Shown piece after piece: positions 56,872 through 64,000 of a stretch of 64,000 nucleotides of DNA. The notes under the pieces were generated by a model. It was not told the origin of the DNA. It saw only the letters and a program-made list of their open reading frames with translations, and made no database searches. A program made the position numbers and the translations under genes. Within the stretch, counting starts at the first letter, position 1. Every line of letters begins with the position of its first letter. Source of the DNA: Octopus vulgaris (lineage: Eukaryota). The stretch lies in NCBI GenBank assembly GCA_951406725.2, contig OX597820.1:121396001-121460000 (forward strand). Direction: 5' to 3'.

Positions 56872-56995
56872 TTATTTGTTAATTTCTTCTTTTGTCACAT
56901 TTGTTGTCAGTGTGGAATGAGACCAGTTTTCGGTTTCTTGGGTGAATCTGTTCGTTTAATTTTTCAAATATGGTGTTCATGCATTCATTCAGAAA

Positions 56996-57233
56996 AAGGC
57001 AGCGAGCTGGAAGAATGGTTAGCACGCCGGGCAAAATGCTTTGCGGTATTTCGTCTGCCGCTGCGTTCTGAGTTCAAATTCTGCCGAGGTCGACTTTACC
57101 TTTCATCCTTTCGGGATCGATAAATTAAGTACCAGTAACATACTAGGGTTGATGTAATCGACTTAATCCGTTTGTCTGTCCTTGTTTGTCCTCTCTATGT
57201 TTAGCCCCTTGTGGGCAATAAAGAAATAAGAAA
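56996..57233 (+). mobile_element. SINE family C, full length
   Basis: AAGGCAGCGAGCTGG head through the AAAGAAATAAGAAAT tail. Confidence 0.9.
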
Positions 57234-57292
57234 TATATTATTTACATTCATTTACATTTACTGAAACAAATATTTACACATAAATATATTTA

Positions 57293-57706
57293 GGCGCAGG
57301 AGTGGCTGTGTGGTAAGTAGCTTGCTTACCAACCACATGGTTCCGGGTTCAGTCCCACTGCGTGGCATCTTGGGTAAGTGTCTTCTGCTATAGCCCCGGG
57401 CCGACCAATGCCTTGTGAGTGGATTTGGTAGACGGAAACTGAAAGAAGCCTGTCGTATATATGTGTATATATATATATGTGTGTGTGTTTGTGTGTCTGT
57501 GTTTGTCTCCCTAGCATTGCTTGACAACCGATGCTGGTGTGTTTACGTCCCCGTTACTTAGCGGTTTGGCAAAAGAGACCGATAGAATAAGTACTAGGCT
57601 TACAAAGAATAAGTCCCTTGATCGATTTGCTCGACTAAAGGCGGTGCTCCAGTATGGCCGCAGTCAAATGACTGAAACAAGTAAAAGAGTAAAAGAGTAA
57701 AGAGTA
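57293..57706 (+). mobile_element. SINE family A, full length
   Basis: Complete match. Confidence 0.92.
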
Positions 57707-57937
57707 TTTACAGAGCCACAATCATGGCCTATCTGTGAAGTTGAGTCAATGATAGTTGGAACAGCTTGAGAAAAGCATCAAATTTATTGGTTACGACCTC
57801 TTTACAGAATATAAGATGGAAATACAAATAGAATTCAAGCAAAACTGAGCCATTCAAAATTTGTTTGCAGCGTCGTACAAGACGTCGTACAAGACGTCGA
57901 ACCGACAATAACGACCATAGCAACAATATAACACTAA

Positions 57938-58330
57938 TCTCTCTATATATAAAGCTGAAGTTGTCTGTGTATGGCAGGTTTGGTAGGCTTCAACTAACAC
58001 TATCACCTCCGAGACCCTGCGGCGCAAGTTGACCAAAATTGAGAGTATGATAGAAGAAGGCTTGCTCTTCATTCCGTAGAAGTAAAAATTCAAATCGGGT
58101 CATGTTAACACAAACAAATATTTACATCAAAAAGATGCTGTTTTTCTATGAAAATCCCTATATTTTACGATTTTTTTGACTGCTGTGTCGCCATTTCTCG
58201 GTGTATTTCAACCAGAAAAATGTTCCCTTAAAGAGAATAACAAGCTACATAATACCAAATCTTTACTTTTCAAAAATTCCAATTCTAAAGGGTCGAAACA
58301 AACCCAAGCAACGCCGGGCGATACTGCTAG
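57938..58330 (+). mobile_element. non-autonomous Helitron
   Basis: A|TC 5' end (TCTCTCTATATATAAAGCTGAAG), imperfect subterminal hairpin CCCAAGC-AAC-GCCGGG, CTAG|T 3' end and no TSD. Confidence 0.8.
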
Positions 58331-59312
58331 TTATGAATAAATAGGCATACGGAAATATAACAATATGCATTTAAATTTCATGTGAAATTAACCCGACCGT
58401 AGCGTTTCGATTGACCACGGGTTCTAAATGAGATATTTCTGAACACAAGGTGGGCCACGCCATCTTTATAAATCACGAGGGTTTAAGATATTAAATAGTG
58501 AAGATGTAAGATTTATGATTAATTGTAATTTATACATAGATGCAGAAAGGAACGAAAAAATTTTCAAGAAATAAATTAAATTTATACGAAAAAGAATTCA
58601 AATCTTTCGAGAGAAATCTGATACTTGTTTGTAAACAAGGTTGCAAGTGACGACTTAGAACGTCCGGGATCTCAGCAGTGAAGTAAAGCCAAACCCGGGT
58701 CTGCTTGGAAATTTGATGACGATTTTTATCTTATTGTACAAACACACACACACACACATATCTGTGAGTGTATATTTATCTATATACGTGTGTGCACGAT
58801 CTCGCATATGAAAGATCTTAATCAGTAACTAGCTCGTATTTTACTCATTTAAATACTATTAAATTAGCTGACGCCACGTATTATCATTTAACTAATATAC
58901 TGGCATAACATGTGCTGTGGTTTAATTATAAATTAATTTACAGGTGTACTTTTAATACATTAACAAGCATACTTTTAATCTTGTTGTGGAGACCGGTTCC
59001 ATAATTAAACCACTCTCTCTTTCTCTCACTCATCGTGCAGAACATGTCTGCTATTCTCAACTGTTTATTTCGTTATATTTCTAGTTACACCTTCTTTCGC
59101 TCATCAGAGATCCTAATTCGTTATGGAAAACACATAGACAGATACAGGTGCATCTAATAACATACAATATAAATCCTTGACTTATGAAAATTATCTCTGC
59201 CTCTAGATGATTTATCACAATTCCCAAATAGCAATTAATACCGACTCCCTTTTAGAAAAAGATAATCTCGACAGTTAAGGCAAGTCATTAGGAAAAAAGA
59301 AAAGGCAATAGT

Positions 59313-59364
59313 ACAATTAGGGAGACGTTGTTTCTGGCTTACTAGCCGTCATCAGAACAATTGT
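59313..59364 (-). ncRNA. hammerhead ribozyme-like motif (canonical core, damaged stem I)
   Basis: Minus strand: ACAATTgtt CTGATGA cGGCT agta AGCCa GAA AC aac GT C tccct AATTGT, giving a GUC site. Confidence 0.5.
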
Positions 59365-59489
59365 CCAACCTCCGGGAGTCTAGGGGCTTAGACTTATGCA
59401 AAAAAAAAGTGTGGAACACATTTTTTGCTGAAGGAATTTGAAGAATTTTCGCAAAATTTAGCAGCTAAGACAAAGAGTCTTTTCTACAA

Positions 59490-59692
59490 TAGACACAAGG
59501 TCTGAAATTTTCGGGGAGGGGACTAGTCGATTAAAACGCTCCCAGTGTTTCACTGGTATTTAATTTATCGACCCCGAAAGGATGAAAGGCAAAGTCGACC
59601 TCGACCGAATTTGAACTCAGAATGTAGCTACGGGCGAAATACTGTTAAGCGTTTCATCCTGCGTGCTAATGATTCTGCCAGCTCGCCGCCTT
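59490..59692 (-). mobile_element. SINE family C variant
   Basis: TTTATCGACCCCGAAAGGATGAAAGGCAAAGTCGACC...CCAGCTCGCCGCCTT. Confidence 0.85.
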
Positions 59693-60176
59693 AGCCGCTA
59701 AGAGAAATAACATCGAGTGACCAGTGGCTAAATAATCCCAGCATACTTTGGCTGGGCCTTTAATTAATTAAATCTGTTGCAATGAGAGGAAGGCATATAT
59801 GTTTCATAATCATAACCATTTAAACTTATATACAATTTACTTGATCGATTGCTGCCTGGGTACATTTGTTAATTAATTCGTACGTATTAATTAATCTATG
59901 TACTGATACACAAACGAGTAAAATGCTTCACAAGTACTTGTGAGTGACCATTTCAGATCGACAGAAGACACTCCTGATCAGCCGGCAAGGATTGTTTTAC
60001 GGCTCGGGTTTCAAATATGGTTGACATATGCTTTAACTCCCTGCTTTATTTACACAGCATGATTAATGTTTGATAATTAAATGCACGGATATAAACTCAG
60101 GGCAATTCCTCTGTGCACAAAATGCTTTTCCCTCCAGTATATGTATGTGTGTATGTATGTATGTATCTATCTATCA

Positions 60177-60253
<77 letters not shown>

Positions 60254-60254
60254 C

Positions 60255-60297
<43 letters not shown>

Positions 60298-60526
60298 AGG
60301 ATAATATCGTTATTTAAAATACCGATCATATCAAGTGCCTAGCATGGGAATAAAAACCTCATAGGTAATAATTATTATAAAAATTGTAATGAAGAGTTTC
60401 GAAGCGATACCACCATGCTAGATATAGCAGCCAAAACTAGACTCTAAAACTACATTAAATGTTCATACAGCACCAGGAGAGAAGACAAAGAGACAAAATA
60501 AACTAGCAAAAAAATTTACTGAATAG

Positions 60527-60583
60527 TTCCAGATCCCGGATTTCTGACTCTGCATAAGAAATGCTTTGGCATCATCAGTGGAA
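60527..60583 (-). ncRNA. type I hammerhead ribozyme motif with intact core
   Basis: Minus strand: TTCCA CTGATGA TGCC-aaa-GCAT-ttctt-ATGC-aga-GTCA GAA ATCC g GGAT C TGGAA. Stems I, II (one mismatch) and III are present, with an AUC site. Confidence 0.75.
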
Positions 60584-60667
60584 TATACGCAAAATAGTGC
60601 ATAAATAGGAATATATATATATATATATATATATATCTATACAATATGTAACATTACTCGGTAGTCA

Positions 60668-60730
60668 AGATAAAACTCTGAGTTTCAGATGCCGAAGTGG
60701 AAATCCACAACACCATCTCTTCGGTTATCT
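60668..60730 (-). ncRNA. variant hammerhead ribozyme motif in PLE 3' region (left arm)
   Basis: Reverse complement of 63136-63198. Confidence 0.6.
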
Positions 60731-60924
60731 GGCTATTTGAAAACGTTATGAAAAAATACCGTTAAAAATGAAGGGAAATTACTCTGTTATAACTCTGCTT
60801 TGCCTGCGTACTTATACATCGCTCGCATTTTTCGTCATAAAAATTATATAAAAATACATAAAAATATATAAAAATATATAAAAATATATAAAATCTTCTT
60901 GGGACATAACACAGAAAGCATGTT

Positions 60925-61928
60925 CTATCCGTTTTCTTTAGGGGACCAAAAACGTAACAGAAATTTAGTCACATGTGGGCATGATCCGAAAAGCTCTGTC
61001 CTTGTATTTAGACATGTGGTAGGGTCTAAGCTGCTTTTCCAGATAAGCCATCTCTCCATGTCGCATAAACCGCACCTTCCGCTGCCGTTAGTATAGGGCT
61101 TACATCTGGCCAAAATCTTCCATTGTATGTTATAATCGACACCTTTATCTCTTAAAGACCAAATATGATTGGATAATTGTGTCGCTTTTCTTTTGTTCCA
61201 GTGCCTAAAGCTCAAAGTGTGGTTATTGAACCTGGCCTTGAAATTACCCTCTGTCAGGCCCACGTATTTCTTCGTCGAAATGGTGTCTTTAGTGGTTATA
61301 GAGTTTACGGTAGCTTCATATATGATGGTCTTGGACATGCAAGCTCCATTTAGCGGGCACAATTCTTTATTCCTGCATGAACAGCTGTTTTCTTCTTGTG
61401 TTTTTTGTATGTTATGATTGATTATGTTTTTAAAATTGGTAGTTGAACTAAAACTAATTTTTAAATTGTGTCTATTGAAGAGTTTCCTATAAGCATGGTT
61501 AACTGGAAAATGTCTATCTATCAGTGCTAGGAAATATTTACCTATATTGAAGGCCACCTCGGGTGAGTAAGGGCGTAAACCAGATGACCTTCCTATTTCT
61601 ATTATTCCTTTTCCTTATTGTTGGGCTGGTGATAGGTGTATATTTTATTTTTTCGCTAAAACCACTATCTTTTAAAGCTTTATTATAAACTGGGGCAACG
61701 CTATTGAAGATGTCCTCATTAGATGAGAGGCTAGAAATCCTCTTACTAATATTTTTAACTAAATTTTTGAATACTATAGGGGGATGGCATGAACCTACAT
61801 TAATATAACTTAGTCTATCATTGGGCTTCCTATAAGGCTTATAAATATTATTATTAAGATCTAAGGAAACGTCTAAGAAATTGACAACCGTCAGGTTAGT
61901 GTCTATAGTTATACTAAGTCCGAAGTGT
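60925..61928 (-). pseudogene. PLE ORF 3' part: RT thumb, linker and GIY-YIG endonuclease (left arm, one frameshift)
   Basis: VNFLDVSLDL..YRKPND..YINVGSCHPP (RT end/thumb), KVIWFTP/[PYS]..NIGKYFL..IDRHFP, CSC..CPLNGAC, IIY..YVGLT..FKARFNNH, LSNHIW, CGLCDME and LNTR..CPH. The frameshift lies in a C-run near 61570. Confidence 0.88.
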
Positions 61929-61938
61929 CTTAGTATAC

Positions 61939-62941
61939 ACACTTCGGACTTAGTATAACTATAGACACTAACCTGACGGTTGTCAATTTCTTAGACGTTT
62001 CCTTAGATCTTAATAATAATATTTATAAGCCTTATAGGAAGCCCAATGATAGACTAAGTTATATTAATGTAGGTTCATGCCATCCCCTATAGTATTCAAA
62101 AATTTAGTTAAAAATATTAGTAAGAGGATTTCTAGCCTCTCATCTAATGAGGACATCTTCAATAGCGTTGCCCCAGTTTATAATAAAGCTTTAAAAGATA
62201 GTGGTTTTAGCGAAAAATAAAATATACACCTATCACCAGCCCAACAATAAGGAAAAGGAATAATAGAAACAGGAAGGTCATCTGGTTTACGCCCCTTACT
62301 CACCCGAGGTGGCCTTCAATATAGGTAAATATTTCCTAGCACTGATAGATAGACATTTTCCAGTTAACCATGCTTATAGGAAACTCTTCAATAGACACAA
62401 TTTAAAAATTAGTTTTAGTTCAACTACCAATTTTAAAAACATAATCAATCATAACATACAAAAAACACAAGAAGAAAACAGCTGTTCATGCAGGAATAAA
62501 GAATTGTGCCCGCTAAATGGAGCTTGCATGTCCAAGACCATCATATATGAAGCTACCGTAAACTCTATAACCACTAAAGACACCATTTCGACGAAGAAAT
62601 ACGTGGGCCTGACAGAGGGTAATTTCAAGGCCAGGTTCAATAACCACACTTTGAGCTTTAGGCACTGGAACAAAAGAAAAGCGACACAATTATCCAATCA
62701 TATTTGGTCTTTAAGAGATAAAGGTGTCGATTATAACATACAATGGAAGATTTTGGCCAGATGTAAGCCCTATACTAACGGCAGCGGAAGGTGCGGTTTA
62801 TGCGACATGGAGAGATGGCTTATCTGGAAAAGCAGCTTAGACCCTACCACATGTCTAAATACAAGGACAGAGCTTTTCGGATCATGCCCACATGTGACTA
62901 AATTTCTGTTACGTTTTTGGTCCCCTAAAGAAAACGGATAG
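61939..62941 (+). pseudogene. PLE ORF 3' part: RT thumb, linker and GIY-YIG endonuclease (right arm)
   Basis: The 210-aa ORF 62309-62941 is identical to 60925-61557. The upstream part is broken by homopolymer indels near 62084, 62213 and 62292. Confidence 0.88.
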
Positions 62942-63135
62942 AACATGCTTTCTGTGTTATGTCCCAAGAAGATTTTATATATTTTTATATATTTTTATAT
63001 ATTTTTATGTATTTTTATATAATTTTTATGACGAAAAATGCGAGCGATGTATAAGTACGCAGGCAAAGCAGAGTTATAACAGAGTAATTTCCCTTCATTT
63101 TTAACGGTATTTTTTCATAACGTTTTCAAATAGCC

Positions 63136-63198
63136 AGATAACCGAAGAGATGGTGTTGTGGATTTCCACTTCGGCATCTGAAACTCAGAGTTTTATCT
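63136..63198 (+). ncRNA. variant hammerhead ribozyme motif in PLE 3' region (right arm)
   Basis: AGATAA CCGAAGA GATG-(GTGG attt CCAC)-CATC t GAA ACTC a GAGT T TTATCT: stem I AGATAA/TTATCT, U4->C core, extra U before GAAA, near-palindromic helix III and a GUU site. Confidence 0.6.
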
Positions 63199-63320
63199 TG
63201 ACTACCGAGTAATGTAACATATCGTATAGATAAATTTCCTCTATTTACATAATATTGAGGTCTCTTTCTTTCTTTTGTTATCTTACCGTTTTATCAATAT
63301 ATATATATATATATATATGT

Positions 63321-63732
63321 ATACTCCTTACTCTTTACTCTTTTACTTGTTTCAGTCATTTTGACTGCGCCATGCTGGAGCACCGCCTTTAGTCGAGCAA
63401 ATCGATCCCTGTACTTATTCTTCGTAAGCCCAGTACTTATTCTATCGGTCTCTTTTGCCGAACCGCTAAGTGACGGGGACGTAAACACACCAGCATCGGT
63501 TGTCAAGCAATGCTTGAGGGACAAGCACAGACACACAAACATATAGACACACATACATATATACATATATACGACAGGCTTCTTTCAGTTTCCGTCTACC
63601 AAATCCACTCACAAGGCATTGGTCGGCCCGAGGCTATAGCAGAAGACACTTGCCCAAGATGCCACATACTGGGACTGAACCCGGAACCATGGGGTTGGTT
63701 AGCAAGCTACTTACCACACAGCTACTCCTGCG

Positions 63733-63735
<3 letters not shown>
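63321..63735 (-). mobile_element. SINE family A, full length
   Basis: Complete reverse-complement match. Confidence 0.92.
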
Positions 63736-63779
<44 letters not shown>

Positions 63780-64000
63780 TAATGTATATATATATATATG
63801 TATTAATGTATGTATATATATATATATTCATTTACTTCTTTATATATATATATACTTACATACATACATGCATACAATCATACATACATACATACACACA
63901 CACACACATTTATTTAAGTATTTAAAATCACTTTGGCGACGGATACCGTAACTTGAAACCTAAAGTGTTTGTGGTCTCTATCCATTTGGCCTATATTTCA

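Larger units (their letters stand above)
60634..63296. mobile_element. Penelope-like element (Naiad/Chlamys-type), head-to-head inverted dimer of 5'-truncated copies in (TA)n
   Basis: Arms 60634-61928 and 61939-63232 are reverse complements around the 10-bp spacer CTTAGTATAC. The right arm has an extra ~64-bp tail (63233-63296), and (TA)n lies on both flanks. Confidence 0.92.

Noticed and set aside
59085-59115. CTGATGA-GC-GAAA on the minus strand as a hammerhead
   Set aside because: There is no room for stem II and no stem I or III pairing.
63020-63080. Possible SECIS element (ATGA...AA...GA) in the PLE 3' UTR
   Set aside because: There is no convincing helix II pairing after ATGA, and no in-frame UGA in the retained ORF.
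60634-63232. DNA transposon with long TIRs, or a purely artefactual palindrome
   Set aside because: The arms encode RT thumb and GIY-YIG rather than flanking a transposase. The flanks differ, there is a one-sided tail, a templated spacer and real substitutions. An artefact is disfavoured but needs read-level exclusion.

Overview
AT-rich, microsatellite-saturated eukaryotic DNA, probably intergenic or intronic. The SINE families and the repeat density suggest an octopus or other coleoid genome (inference). I found no confidently identifiable host gene; almost all ORFs in the track are translated microsatellites or SINEs. The window holds about 30 copies of three tRNA-like SINE families (several with clear TSDs), truncated LINEs (CR1-group, RTE, and an R4/Dong-type element abutting a (TAA)n array), degenerate mariner and maT/Tc1 transposons, and a non-autonomous Helitron. 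The most striking structure is a 2.6 kb near-perfect palindrome (60634-63232). It consists of two head-to-head, 5'-truncated copies of a Penelope-like element (RT thumb plus Naiad/Chlamys-type GIY-YIG endonuclease) inserted in (TA)n. Each arm carries a variant hammerhead-ribozyme motif, and only one arm has a ~64 bp 3' tail. Two small non-coding insertions of unrelated sequence (18060-18393, 26831-27166) show the same design: inverted arm, full arm, one-sided tail and a hammerhead motif. Further stand-alone hammerhead-like motifs occur at 60527-60583 and 59313-59364. All alignments and RNA folds were done by eye, so boundaries of degenerate elements are approximate.
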